The notes under the pieces: model-generated
Databases searched by the model: none
Seen by the model: only the letters and a program-made list of their open reading frames with translations
What the model was told of the DNA's origin: nothing
Part shown: piece by piece, positions 30,086-43,935 of the stretch
Layout of the letters: every line of letters begins with the position of its first letter
Numbering within the stretch: position 1 is the stretch's first letter
Source of the DNA: the human T2T-CHM13v2.0 reference genome, Homo sapiens
Strand: one strand, 5' to 3'
Length of the DNA stretch: 64,000 nucleotides
NCBI RefSeq assembly: GCF_009914755.1
Contig: NC_060947.1
Translations under genes and position numbers: made by a program

Positions 30086-31404
30086 AGATGGGCAAGCCAA
30101 ATGCTTCTACTCTAGTCCTGAAGCTAGAGAGAAAAATAAAAAATAAAAAAAAAAAGGATGTCAATGCTCACATTTAGTCTTAAGCTAGTTGGAGTTCAAA
30201 AAATTTTCAACTGGTATTAAGTATTTATTTGCCTATATTTATTTCTTAGTACTTTATTGTTGTAAGGGAAAAACTAGCTATCTCCAGTAACTCTAGGACA
30301 GTGGTCAAAAATTTGGGCAGTTTGGATCTTGGCTCTTTTTCTGAAGAATATTGTGACTATGAGTGATGGCTCTGCACCTGCTGAGATTAAAAAGAGTAAA
30401 TGGGCACCTCCTTTCCTTCTCATGAGGATGTACAGAAGAGCAGTGGTTGAACAGAGGCATCTCATTTTTATGCTTCTAGGGGCTTCTGCTTGTCCTACCT
30501 CTGGCCCACATGGTGCTCCCAATCAAGGTAATATGAAAAACAAATGTTTAAAAAATTGTTTAACACTTTAGGACAACTTTTTTTTATTACAAGAGAGAAT
30601 GGGATTTTATAGACGTATTTTGTTTAGTTTCATTCTTTCTGTTGCTTCTTTTAATTTTTTCTATAAAAAGCAGATTTTAGGAACTAAACAAGGGTCAGAT
30701 GTATCTTTAATTTTTTTAGAGCATCATTCTCATGTTTTATTGCCCTCTTTTTCATTTCTTTAAATTCTACCTTCTTGCTTGTATTGTTTTGTTATTTTAT
30801 GTTTCTTTGCACTTAGATATCAGAGGCACCTAAGTAAAGATTGTTTTTTCTAGAACTTGTTCATATGAAATAGTTGTAATATTAGCACAGGCCCTTTATT
30901 CTTTTTGGTCACAAATATGAGGACTTCAGTGATACTCTCCTTACTCCTGCATCAACTATTTTTATATTTTAAGCAAGAAATCTTAGTTTTCAAAACACAT
31001 AAGTTTCATTCCTTTAAGTTTCCTAATTTTGAACATATTACTTTTCTCATCAGGCTAAAAATGTGAAACTGTTTTATGGGGAATTAAAAATTTCTATAAA
31101 AATGTCATTATTTTCTGTGGCTCAATCATTAGATAATTTACTGCGTGACTTAATTTGGCTCTTTTTCCTATTTGGCTTGCTTTGAAAAACAGTAAGAATA
31201 TGGTCCTTTTTCAATTGCTAATATAAATAATGCAATTTTGATTTAAATTTCATAAGGCCCACTTGTATGTTCACAGTCGCAGCAAACAAATAAAATAAAC
31301 AGCCAGGAAGACGAGATAGTCTTCTACATATTCAAGTTTGAGACATGTTACTAGGTGCCCATAACCAGTAGTATCTCCACAAGTGCCTGAAATTTCCACT
31401 ACAT

Positions 31405-31600
31405 TTCATTCTTTCAATCAATGATATTTTTATTAAATTTGGCACTTACTCTGTGCCTTTAGTGATTATAAATTTTGGAGAAAATACAAAGAAAGCTCAG
31501 AGTCTAGTAAGGCAGAGAGAGAGAGGTAAACAAGTAATAACGATTCAACAGTGTAATTACTATGATATAGGAATAAGGAAGGGTTTTTCAGGTCATGGAT
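31405..31600 (-). mobile_element. L2 3' fragment
   Basis: TTCATTCTTTCAATCAA...GCACTTACTCTGTGCC...GCTCAGAGTCTAGTAAGGCAGA. Confidence 0.55.
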
Positions 31601-32434
31601 GGGTGGTGGAAAAAAGGAGGTTGTGGGGCTTTTCACAGGAAAATATTTGGATAACTTTATTCATATACTTTGCTGACTTAAGTGACATACCTATAGTTCC
31701 TCACTCAACCTTACCCTGACCTCATTTAATTAGTGCTAAATATATTAAAAACTATTACCCAAATATTTTCTTCATATTAAAAGTTCTAAGTTACATGTTA
31801 CCTAGAGAAACATGCAGTTAAGATTACCCCAAAGGTGGAAATCAACAATCTTACATTTAAAGAAGTCTTTAGAGTTTAAATATATCAATGGAGTACAGTG
31901 CTATTAAAGACTTCAGTTTTATGGCTTCCTCAACTCATGACCCCATTAATGTTCTACTCTCTCCTATTGTGAAGCTTGTATTAAGATCTGGCAGGGTTAT
32001 GTGATGGAGGATGGGTGTGAGACGATATTTGCTTTTGAAACTCAATAGCCTTACTCATCTAAAGAATGCAGTTTTCATTTAATACCAGTAAAAGATACTT
32101 TGTGCTGTTTTTTCAGTTGTACATATCACATTTGAGATAAAACTGAGCTCTATACAGACAGAGACCATGTATTATACAGTACTTATTTTTACCCTTCACA
32201 GATTGTGTCACAGTCACTTATACATAGTAGACTTGCAAAAATACCTGTTGTTTTTGGATAGCAACCCAAGAAGTATGATATAGAAATAGATTGACTTAAA
32301 GATGTGGTCTAAGAGCACAATGAAAAAAAAAAATAGCTGCCAAGTTTGTCCTTTGAAAATATGGAGGCAATATTTTGAATATTCCAAGATTCATATTTAG
32401 GTTCGTCACATACTAACAAGAAATCTTTACGCTC

Positions 32435-32453
32435 CATCCACTAGAGGGCAATC
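32435..32453 (+). promoter_or_regulatory. Candidate CTCF binding site
   Basis: CATCCACTAGAGGGCAATC contains a perfect CCASYAGRKGGCR core in apparently unique sequence. Binding is not demonstrated. Confidence 0.6.
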
Positions 32454-33939
32454 AATACATTAGGCACTGACACTTACCCCCACCCTGACCTGGAACCTAG
32501 TAACTTTAAGAGGATTAGGTAGACACAAAGAAGAGGGAAATATGCATGGAACTCTTCTCATCAAAAATAGCATTGTAGTCTCTTTTGGACTCCCTTCATT
32601 GATAGTGGGCCTGGAAAAAAAACTAGACTCTTCCTTTTGGTGTTACAACTAAGTTTCTTCCAGACACTTAAGAAAACTCACAAGTAAATAAGCCTACCAC
32701 CTGAGGGAAATGAGATTTCCCTCTAAAGCAGCATTTGAGTTTGTCATACAGTTCATGTGTCTGCCGCTTCTGAGAGGAGGCAATGGTAATACATATACAG
32801 AAAAAATGCTGGGCAACCTATCTTGGCGATTAGACGTTTTCTCTTCAGATGACTTTCTATGATAACATCTCACTAGCTTTTGCTAAGATTGACATCATGA
32901 ATACAAAAATAGTTTAGAGACATTAATTTTAATGCTTTCATGATTGATAAAATACTGAAAGAACTAGTAATCAGGAAAGTACACATGATCTTGTTGTTAT
33001 TACAGGCAGTAATCACATCAAACATGGTTGACCCTGTGGACAGTTTTTCTGGAGACTTCAGTAAATTTGTGACTCTTCTACTGATTCATTGTAGGGGTAA
33101 AGTCCCAAATAGGTTGTGGGTCACTAATTCCTCTTCTGTAAATGGATACAATAATATTTTTCCATCTCACTCATAGGCTTTATGAAATTCACAAAAGTCA
33201 CAAAATATTTTGAGGTTTGTAGGAATGCCAAGGAGGTATCTTTCTTCAGTGTTGGCTATGAAATCATATGTGCACATAAGATTTTTTTTTAATCATTGAC
33301 TTATTATGAAATAGTAGATGTGTTCTTCCACAAATACTATGCACCGTGATATAGCAAATATCTCTTAGGAATTTAGCAAATCTTTTAAGTGTGTGTGTTT
33401 AAAGTATATTAAATATACTTAAAAATAAAAAGTAATCATAATTCTCAAAATATTTTGTAAGATTATGGTGGTAGAATCTATGGAAATTGCTTTGTGAGAC
33501 AAGTTCTTTATGATTTTTTGACTTAGTGACAGTGTTCCTTCATCCTGAGCCTGTTTACACTTTCCTAGGTATCTTAGGACTCCTTTCTTGGGGAATGGCT
33601 GCTAGATTTAATGCAGAAACCTAGTTTCCTAGTTTCCACTGGTGCAATATGAATCTGTAAGCTCCAGCTTTTCTCTGGACTTAGCTTATCTAATATTTAG
33701 AATTATAGGTGTGTGCTAAAACATCTACTATGCACCCATTCCCCATTTACTCAATGTTTCTAATTTTAAATCTAAGGTAAGCCTTCTAATTTTATTTCTA
33801 AGGTAAATGAATATATTATTTTTTGACACTTCCACTATTGCTTCTACACAGTGACTGCTTTCTAAATAGATTTAAGCTCCCAGCTTAACATAAAGTTTAC
33901 AAAGAGGGAGGAATAGGTGTTTGTGTAATACCAAAATAA

Positions 33940-34130
33940 TCACTGGCTTTACGATCAGACCCACGAATTTACTCAGCACTATGCTTTACTAACTGAGTGA
34001 ACTTGGGAAAGTGCCTAGCCTTTCTGAGCATCTTGTCCCTCATTTTAAAATGAGGATTATAACACCATTGCATATATATGTATGTTTGGTATATCACAGG
34101 GTTTAAAAACATACAACAGATAATAAATGG
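33940..34130 (+). mobile_element. MIR relic
   Basis: TTACTAACTGAGTGAACTTGGGAAAGT...CCTCATTTTAAAATGAGGATTATAAC. Confidence 0.75.
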
Positions 34131-35021
34131 TGAATTCTTTCCCTTTGCTAAACCCACATGTGCAACTATCTCAACAAAGGTTTTGTTTGCCTGTCAGTCC
34201 TTTTCTATCCCCACATTCACTGTCCCATAAAACCTTAGGCAAAATTTAAAATTGCCTCATATCTTTTTTCTTCTTCTTCAAAACAAACAAACAAACAACA
34301 AAAACATGTTATTGGCTGTCAACAAAAAATAAATGACTGCAAGACAGAAAATCCACTCCTCTTCATTTTTTTGTACTTATTTTGCTTAATTGTACAGACT
34401 TTATTAAATATCTGTAATGTACAAAAAAAACCACCATGCCAGGCTCAGGACAAAAAGAAACATTTTCCCCTGCCATTGCAGGAGGTCTTGATCTACTAAG
34501 GAAAGTTGACATCTGCATTGTGACTGGTTCAAGATATACTGGAGTTAAGCATTGTCATATGAGTGCAAATAAAGTGTTTTAAGAGTATGTATCTTCATCC
34601 ATTTTTAATTTTCAGTGGTGTAAATCTGTGGAGAGCCAGAAATCAGGCTTTCTTTTCAATTAGAGACACAGAAATTACTATTAGGAGTTAGACAAACATA
34701 AGGTTGCTTCAGCACCTTTCTATAATTAGTGCTTTACATTTTAGTAAAATTACCTATAAAGCATAATATTCTTGTAGTGTGATACACTCTTCCATTAATT
34801 TTAAGACAATGTAGTCTCTCGACCATATTCCCCTGAGTGTCTGAAAACACACTGCCTTCTTCTCAGCAGATGCCTCTGTTGCAGTGAGTAGGCAATGTAG
34901 CATATTCCTATCTGTTCCCACAGTCACCATTAGCTGAAAGGGACAATTCTTAATGTGTAAAGCTAGCGATAGCCTTAGGGATGAGGGAGACAGTAATCAA
35001 ATCTGAGCAGTAATCCAGGGA

Positions 35022-35040
35022 ACAGCAGTAGGTGGCACTG
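35022..35040 (+). promoter_or_regulatory. Candidate CTCF binding site
   Basis: ACAGCAGTAGGTGGCACTG has one mismatch to the core. A GCAGT resembling the CTCF upstream module lies just 5' of it. Confidence 0.4.
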
Positions 35041-35599
35041 AGGGTGTTTAGGCTGTCAGCTACTTATACTACACTGGCAGCTTCCAGAACTGGCCTGGAT
35101 TTTAAGAGTTCCAGAGAGTGCAGCTTCTTTTTAGCATTCACAACTTTTTTCATGCTACACTGAAAAAAACATAGCTAAATTTAGGTGCTTTTAGTATTTT
35201 TTCATACCTTTATGTATTACTAGTCCACTGCTTTGAGTTTAAACGGAAGGGAGAGTGCTTAGAAATTTTGTTTTATTTTGGTTTGGGTTTCTGCCTGCCC
35301 TCACCAGGAATTTACTTTTATAATAAAAATGTTTTGCATGTAACACTTCACATAAATTTGACGCTGTTGGACCATTATACAAGAAACTTAAACTTTTTTT
35401 TTTTAAACTTAAGAAATTGCTGAGAAAAACATGTATCTAAATAATATGCATAGATCTTCATCTATAAGTATGTATGCATTTCCACATGTATTTGAAAAAA
35501 AGTATTTTCAGGCCAAAGAGATTTCTCTTCCAATACTTGATGGTATGTTGATAGTATTTACAAGTCTTGGAGGAGGTCATATGGATTCTTACCAAACTT

Positions 35600-35950
35600 T
35601 TCCTGATGACTGGCTATATGGGCCTTAGTTTCCTATCTGATCATAGTAATTTTTGGCTTAGTTGCCTCATTGGGTTGTTGTAAAGATCAACCAGGAAATG
35701 TTTGTAAAAATGTTTGGAAAATGTATGTCTCTGAATAAAATGGTCAGACAGAAAAGGAACATCTACCTTGTGCCAGGCAATTATATTTTGCCACCCTGTA
35801 TAACAGTCCTCTAAAGTAAGTGTTGTTATCTTCATTCACAGTGAGGAATTCATAGTGTAACTCGTGTTAGTTTATACAACTAGTAGATGAATGAGGTAGG
35901 TTTTGACCCAGATAGAGCTGATTCTAAAGCTAGCTAATACTCACTCCTAG
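35600..35950. mobile_element. Two opposed MIR relics
   Basis: Sense CCTTAGTTTCCTATCTG...GGGTTGTTGTAAAGAT, then antisense TGTGCCAGGCA...CACAGTGAGGAA...TTTGACCCAG..CTGATTCTAAAGC. Confidence 0.6.
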
Positions 35951-36652
35951 CAACCAAAAAAAAATAACTGTTTTTGAAGAGAAAAATAAAAGCTACTTTC
36001 TTACTGACCATTACTAAACTTTGATCTCTCTTGTTTTTGGTGGCAGTATAGCAGGGAGTAGGTGATATTTGGTTTGGCTGTTATTCAAATGGGAGTTTAG
36101 CTTCAGAGGGTATTATGGTTATGTAATGCATACAAAATTAAGATCAAAATGTGCAGATTAAGATACGATAGAGACGTAACAATGGCACAATGCCTAGCAT
36201 GCCTTCATTTATAGAGGGATGGTGAAGTAGAACTTCTCAGCATATCAACTTATCCACCACAAAAGCATTTTTCTCTTTAAAAACCATGCTTACACACACA
36301 CACACGCATATACATGCAGACACACATGGATTTCAGATGTGTGCATGTGATTGCCCTGAAAAAAGTGACCAATGCAATAAAGAATAAAAATAGGCTTTTT
36401 AATGTAGCTCATCATTTTTTATTTTAAGTGCAATAATTATAAACAAGGCTTTTTTGAACAAATAGTGTGTCACATCTACAGTATCATAGCGATACTAAAA
36501 CACAGTGGCTGTGTGTTCTCAACATTAGCAAGCTACATTCAAAAATACCTTCTAAATATATGCATGTTGCCAATGAGTGGGATAGCAAGAAAGCCGAAGA
36601 TGAAGAGTTTTAAAAAGCAACAGAAAAACTATCCTCAAACATTTATCATTTC

Positions 36653-36781
36653 TTTGTGCTAATTACTCTGATTTAATCATTGCACATTTTATACATGTGT
36701 AGAAATATCACATTGTACCCCATAAATATCTATCATTATTATGTGTCAATTAAAAATAATAGTAAAAGCCAAAAAAAAAAA
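36653..36781 (+). mobile_element. Short L1MA 3'-terminal fragment
   Basis: GCTAATTACTCTGATTTAATCATT...ATATCACATTGTACCCCATAAATAT...GTGTCAATTAAAAAT plus an A tail. Confidence 0.8.
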
Positions 36782-39700
36782 TCCTGTCCTTATTTTCCTG
36801 AGATCCAAAAGCAAGGAGAAACCTGAAATTTTCATTTCATGTATAGCGTCTCAGTATACGAGGCTAAGAGTATTAATTTGCAGAGGGCCTCTAGATTCTT
36901 GTCAGAGATTTTGCCTCTTTGGGCTGATTTTTTTGTTCTCTTAAGTGGGGAATAAGCACGTACAAAGAACATCATTCTTAAGCATTTCACTTCATCAGAA
37001 TTCATTAGAGCAGATTTGAAGGTTTCATTATTCTTTAAGAGTACATTAATAAAACCACCACATACTTATTTTTAATACTATGTATATAAATTATTCTGAC
37101 AGTCAGTTGCAAAGCCAACATTTCAATCCTGAAATTAAAAATATACTAGGACAAATTATTATGTTCCAGCCACCACAGGCCAAGCTGAACAATATACTCT
37201 CTGCTTGGAACTCAGGACAGAACTATCCCACAGATCAAAAATAATAGTGACCACTAAAGTGGCAAGAAGCTAGAGCCTAATTGGCATCTGAATAAAAATT
37301 ATGCATTTCTATATATCAAATGTTGTTTCTTTCTAGCCCTGTGGTTTACTATTCCTTTCACAAGTACCCTCCCAAAAGCAAACTTTCAGCTATGTAACTT
37401 GCTTTAGGAGTGTCCATTTGTGAAAATCCTGACACAGTGCTTACAGCTTAGACAATGCAGAATTGTCAATGGCAATCTTTTTGCCTTTTGTTTCCCTCCG
37501 TGTGTGTGTGACAAACCAGATTAAAAATATTTAGAATCAAAGACTGTTGCTAACTTCTTGCTCCATGAAGTAACATTCCAAACTAGGTTGCATCAGTTCT
37601 CAAGGCCTAATCTAGCTTTCCCCTGTGGCTCCTGGTGCCTGAGGGAGAGACACTGTATCTGTTCCATTTATGAGTAGAAAGATAAATGGTTTTGCCCTTA
37701 ATAAATGTAGAGAACTAGATGAAGAGCTCAGGACAACCTGCTTTTTACTCCCTTAAGCAGCAAGACCTTTTTAATTCTCCTCATTCCTCCACTAATTTTG
37801 CACGAACTGTGCTGTTAGCCACATAAGATGATGAATGTTTAAAATAGTCTAGGAAGGCTGAGCTAATGAGAGGGTTGTCATTAAAACTGTGCACTACAGC
37901 TAAGAGGCAGTATCCAAACTTCTGAGGACATTTACATATTATAGTTTTTTTCCCCATGCTATTGATGCGGCATTACATATTTAGTCCTTTTAAGTGCTGG
38001 AGCTTACTTAGTCAATGGAGAAACAATTTCTTACCCAGTGTTAATATGTTTTTGACTGTACTAGCTAGAGTTTTACCTGCATTCACTGTACTATAGGGCT
38101 CTGAGTGTCCCTGTACAGCAGCTGTGTGTCAAGCCTGTCTCTACAGTGTCACACTATGAACTGTGACTATTAACAAAATATCTACTTTGTCACCTTTTGA
38201 AAGTTGTTACACTTTATGAGGTAGAAAGTACTAGATGGAGGGGTCAGGGATGAGGCTAAAATGCTTTATAATTGTTAGGGAAAATCATGTGACTGTCAGG
38301 GAGGCAGTTTCTAATCCTCTGCTTTAATCAGCTAGGACAGAAGAAAACATAATATTAATAGATTAAAATGAGTTGATCAGCAGTAATTATAATCATCAAT
38401 TATGTTGGTTTATATATATATACATATTTTCGAATGTATAAAGGTACACATCATTTCACACCCTTTGGGCACAATTAAAGAAGTTAATTAAAGTGTTGTG
38501 TTGTAGAAGAGTTTTTTTTCTCTACTTCAATAAATCCTTTCTGTTTCAAGTCATACTAGTATCATAGCTCAACATTAAGTCTAAATGTTTACTCTTATGG
38601 TTTCTGTCTTCTTTTTAAAGTTAGTTACCTAGTGAGAAAATAAATGTAGATCTGAAAACTTGTTTACTCTCTTTTCTATTTAATACAATTACCTCCCACA
38701 AAGCTATTAGAGTATCATAGAAACAAAGAATGGAAGCCAATATTTAAAATTATTCTGATTTTATACATTATGCCACATCAGCATTAAGATGATTGATGGA
38801 CAGCTATATATAGTCATATAGTGGAAAAAATTCAGAGCCATCTTAAATAGCCAACCAATCACACTGCTTATTTTGTGGTCTGAATTGGTGAGAGGAAAAG
38901 GATAAAGAGAGAGAAAGGGAGAGAGGGAGGAAGAAGTAAAAACCAAAAGTTTTTTCATCATATAGAACTAATTTGAGAAGACTTTCAGATTATCACATTA
39001 AAGCTAATTGAGGTACTTAGATTAATAATTCTAAGATTGCTATATAAGTCCTTTGATGCCTTAAGTCCTTAAATCTATGCATTTCCAAACTTTTCTTCTT
39101 CTTTCTTCCTCTTCCTCTCTCTCTCCCACTCCCTTTCTCTTTTAGGAACCACTATAAGGTTTCTCTAGATGAAACACAGGTTTTGTTTTTGTTTTCCAAA
39201 AAGGATACATGGAGTAAGAGAGGAAGAAGCAAAATATGACCTGTTCGGTCATACTAGTGAATTATTATTTTAATTGATCATGCAGCAATCTATATCATTC
39301 CTGTGATGAGCTATTGCAGCTGATAAAACTGCTAAAATAATTATATCAATCTGCTATTTGCAATTGTGTTCAACTATGGATATGTTGATATTTAGGTGAT
39401 GAAGATGCAGCCTGAGTCAACAAAAACAAGAAATGAAATGAATAGTTAAATATCAGTCATTCAAGAAAGGCAAGCAAGTTAATTTGGACTTGCGACCAAG
39501 GGCCTTCTTTATGTACCTTACATAAATATTGATCAAATCAATAATATTCATACAATAACACCACATTTTTTCCTACGACCCAGTCTCAGTGAAGATCCAA
39601 TTTTCGTATCCTACTTCTCTGATTTTCTGTTTAGACTGACCATTCATTTCAATGGTCAAATTAGCTGGATCCATTAAAAACAAAAACATATTTTGCCCTA

Positions 39701-39845
39701 CTAGCCATAGTCTCAGTGAAGATCGAATTATCTTTGTCCAGCTCTCTGTCTTTTCATTTTGCAAGTTTCTTTCAAGTCATGAGTAGCTGGATATGTGGTA
39801 AATTGTGTTGTGAGTATCTAATACTGTTGTTAGCAACATATGTAG

Positions 39846-40173
<328 letters not shown>

Positions 40174-40697
40174 TAGATATTTTTGATAGTAGTCAATCAA
40201 ACCATTAGAAGAATCAAAGGGGACATTGCCTCAGCTTTATATGAGACACCAGATGACATCAGTTTAGACATTAAAAGTTTTGTAAATGATAATTTGTCAC
40301 AAATATTCCACTGGCAGTATTCCTATGAAGATCTTTTTAATTTTTTTAAAAAAATCTATTCAGTTTCTAAAAAGGAATATGGATAATTCAATGCAGTCAC
40401 ATATTTATTGTCTTCATGACAAAGCAAGATTATCAACAAAATGAAAACAATATAATCTTTTATTTTGAAACTGTATAGCCATTCTGGGATTTGCTTATGT
40501 CACCTGTTTTGGCTGATGCCAATCTGATATCAAACTAATATATCAGTTCTTTCAATACCACTCATCTCAGAGGAATAATGTTTTGTAATAGTTGATAGAC
40601 TGAATTGACTATTTCCTGTCAATATTTAATCAATTTAGTAGCACCATTTCTATACATATAGAAATATATTCTAAAAGTTATTCTTAAGCTATGGCCG

Positions 40698-41213
40698 TGT
40701 ATTAGTCAGGGTTCTCTAGAGGGACAGAACTAATAGGATAGATATACATATAAAGGGGAGTTTATTAAGGACTATTGACACACACGATCACAAAGTGAAG
40801 TCCCACAATAGGCCGTCTGCAAGCTGAGGAGCGAGGAAGCCAGTATGAGTCCCAAAACCTCAAAAGTAGAGGAGCTGACAGTGCAGCCTTCAGTCTGTGC
40901 TTGAAGGTCCAAGAGTCCAAAAGCTGAAGAACTTGAAGTCTGATGTTTGACGGCAGGAAGCACTCAGCATGGGAGAAAGATGTAGGCTAGGAGACTAAGC
41001 CAGTCTAATCCTTCCACATTCCTCTGCCTGCTTTTATCCTAGCAGCACTGGCAGCTGATTGGATAGTGCCCACCCAGATTGAGGGTGGGTGTGCCTCTCC
41101 CAATCCACTGACTCAAATGTGTCTCCTTCGGCAACACCCTCACAGACACAAGCAGGCACAATACTTTGCATCCTTTAATCCAATCAAGTTGACACTTAAT
41201 ATTAACCATCACA
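40698..41213 (-). mobile_element. MLT2A (HERV-L) solo LTR
   Basis: TGTATTAGTCAGGGTTCTCTAGAGGGACAGAAC...GTTGACACTTAATATTAACCATCACA, TG..CA ends, degenerate 5-bp TSD GGCCG/GGCTA. Confidence 0.92.
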
Positions 41214-43199
41214 GGCTATAAGGAAAGAAATGAAACAAAATTAATCTTTTTAGTAGTATTGGCCACTGTAGCATTAAATAAGATGAGATCCAGACTCATG
41301 AATATGATTGGATTGTTGTTTAACCAGAAAATGGCCATATAGTTAAAGATGAGGCTCAATAGTATGCTAGCGCAAGAAAATAATAAACACAAAGAAATGA
41401 AAACTTATATAGAGGAAGATAATGGCCAACTTTCTAAATTATAACATATATAACATATATGCTGATATACAATTTTTATTATGCTCAATTTAGTGCTTTC
41501 TTATAAAATTCCACAAATTAATATTCAAGGTATAAAAAATGTTAATCTAAAGGATACTACTGTGTGTGACTTCAAGGCTTTGTATTTCTTTAAAAAGAAA
41601 AACATCTAACATTGATTGATTTGTATCATCTTCTTGGAGAGCAATGAAATAATCACATAACTTTAGAACATGAGCTTATTGTATAATGGCATTATAAGCC
41701 AGGTCCAAAATGGAGGTCACAGCTTAGAGAGTAAGCTATTGTGTAAAGATCACAATAACAGTGACTCAAGTACAGTTATATATTTCCCCGACAGCCCCAT
41801 TCCGTGTGTTCTGAGGTGACTGTTTTACTGGACCAAGTTACTGTGAAGGCCTGTATATTTTATATCTCTAATGTATGTTTAAAAATAGCCAGGGATCCTG
41901 CTGCTGCTGATATTGATAATAATGATGATGGTGGTGTTGGTGCTGGTGATGTCAGTAAATGTTCAATTCAAAGTCAAATAAACAGAAATGTGTTTTTTAA
42001 ATCAATTTTACTGTGTTTGATGAGATATGTACCAGAAGTTAATGTATTTGGAATTAAGTAAAACTAGATCTCAGACAGCAGTATAGATTGATTTTCTTTT
42101 TGCAGTAAACAGAAACTGTTACCAACAAGCATGTAGACAGCAAAGCCTATACCCCAATATCTAAACCAAGTTGCTTCCACTGTATGTTCTGATTCATTCT
42201 CAGAATTGATTTATTGTACCTAAAAATGATATAGCTAACGAGATAAAGGAAACTTATTCTAGAGCCAATCATTTTCTAAAATATACCTCCTGTTCTTGAT
42301 CTTTGAGTCTATGTTTTCATTGATGGCTAGCACGTAACCAAGGACAGCAAGATATAACCCTATTAGTGCCTACTTAGAAACTCAAATATATAGCATTTCC
42401 AGTGGCAATTTTTTAAGCCTGAGCTATTGCCTCATATTTTTTCCAGATAATGCTCCCCACTCACTCACCCACTAACATCTGTAGTCATGTGCACATAAAA
42501 ATAAAAATTTAGAGCAAATACAAGTGTATTAATAAGTGATTCTTTTTAGCTTTTAATTGTTAGTGAGTTTTCAAGTGGATATGACATGTTACCTTTTACT
42601 TATATAGCCATGATAGTTAAATATTATTCACTTAAACAACAACAAAATTAAAGGGAATTGCTTGAAAAAAATCTTAGCGTTATATACTAATACTTATTTT
42701 GGCTTTCTTCCCATTCTCTGGCAAATTAAAATTCTTATTTGCAGAGTTATTATTCAGAAAATCTCAACTAACTTTTTCCAACTGCCAATTCATTAAGATA
42801 AAATGCAGGTAAAAAATGTTCTAATGTTCTTTTTAAATGGATAAGTGAATCCTAGTGAGCCCGATTTTTCTAAGGTATCCCTGGGAAAGAGAAGGCTAAG
42901 GCCACAGGTAGAAAAGATATAAATCTAGCCAGAGGGGAGAGTTTGAGAGTGAACATAAACTGGAAGGCACTTACATCCTTTATGTTTACTTCCAATTTCT
43001 TTGGATCTAATCAAGAAAACCAAGCATATTCAGTCCTTACACTTTTGACTTCATGCTTCTGTCTGCAGACTCAGAAATTAATGCCATTATATATCTGTTA
43101 CAACATTCCATATTTGTCTCTACTATCAAAATTACTAAGGGCCTTCCCCAACAAAACAATATTTTATTGTTTACCAGAAAAACTTTTTTATGATGGCAT

Positions 43200-43935
43200 G
43201 ACTTGACTGCTAAAAATGTCATGTGACTTATAATTGTGGACCACTTAGACAAAAAGGTACCAGATGTACCTTTCTACCTGAAATAATCAAAATAACTGGA
43301 TGACAAAAATAAAGCAATGATTTTCAAGATACTGAAAATCAGGTAACAAAGGACAGTAATTCCTAATGTATAGAAAATACAGAAGGTCTGCTCTATGACT
43401 TCCCTTGATGAATTTCCAGGCTGCAGTGCAGGAAAGGCTTCAGTGCTAGATGGAGCCCTATGGGCCCCTGAATTGAGAAGACTGAGCTAAGAGTCCATAA
43501 AAGTCAAAGTAGATAGAAGTCACAGGACAGAGTATGAGAGAGGAGTGAGCTGCACAAGGAACTTCTAAAATTTGTGGAGGGCCTCCCTCAAGTATTCAGC
43601 AGAGCACTGTCCAGTGCTTGTACAGTGAAGAAACTCCAAATCCTCTCAAAAGGATAAGAAGGTAATGGTGCCTATACACACTCAAGGCCAGAAAAAGGGT
43701 CTATTCCCACGGACCAGACAGGAAAACCTCATGATTCACAAGGAATTAGGTAGAGTAAATAGTAGAATCTTGCTTCAATAGTGAAAAATAGTTAAGTAGA
43801 CTGAGAACTGCTCTAGTCCACATAAGAAATCTTAAAAGTCAAACCAGATAGCATCAGACTGTTTCTAAGTAATTTTAACTGATCTCAGAACAAAACTCAA
43901 GACTATTTTTGGAATACTAAAATATATAATACCCA
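43200..43935 (+). mobile_element. Old L1M 5'-region relic (L1MC/MD-type)
   Basis: GATTTTCAAGATACTG...CAAAGGACAGTAATTCCT, CAAGTATTCAGCAGAGCACTG and CAGAACAAAACTCAAG motifs. Confidence 0.55.
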
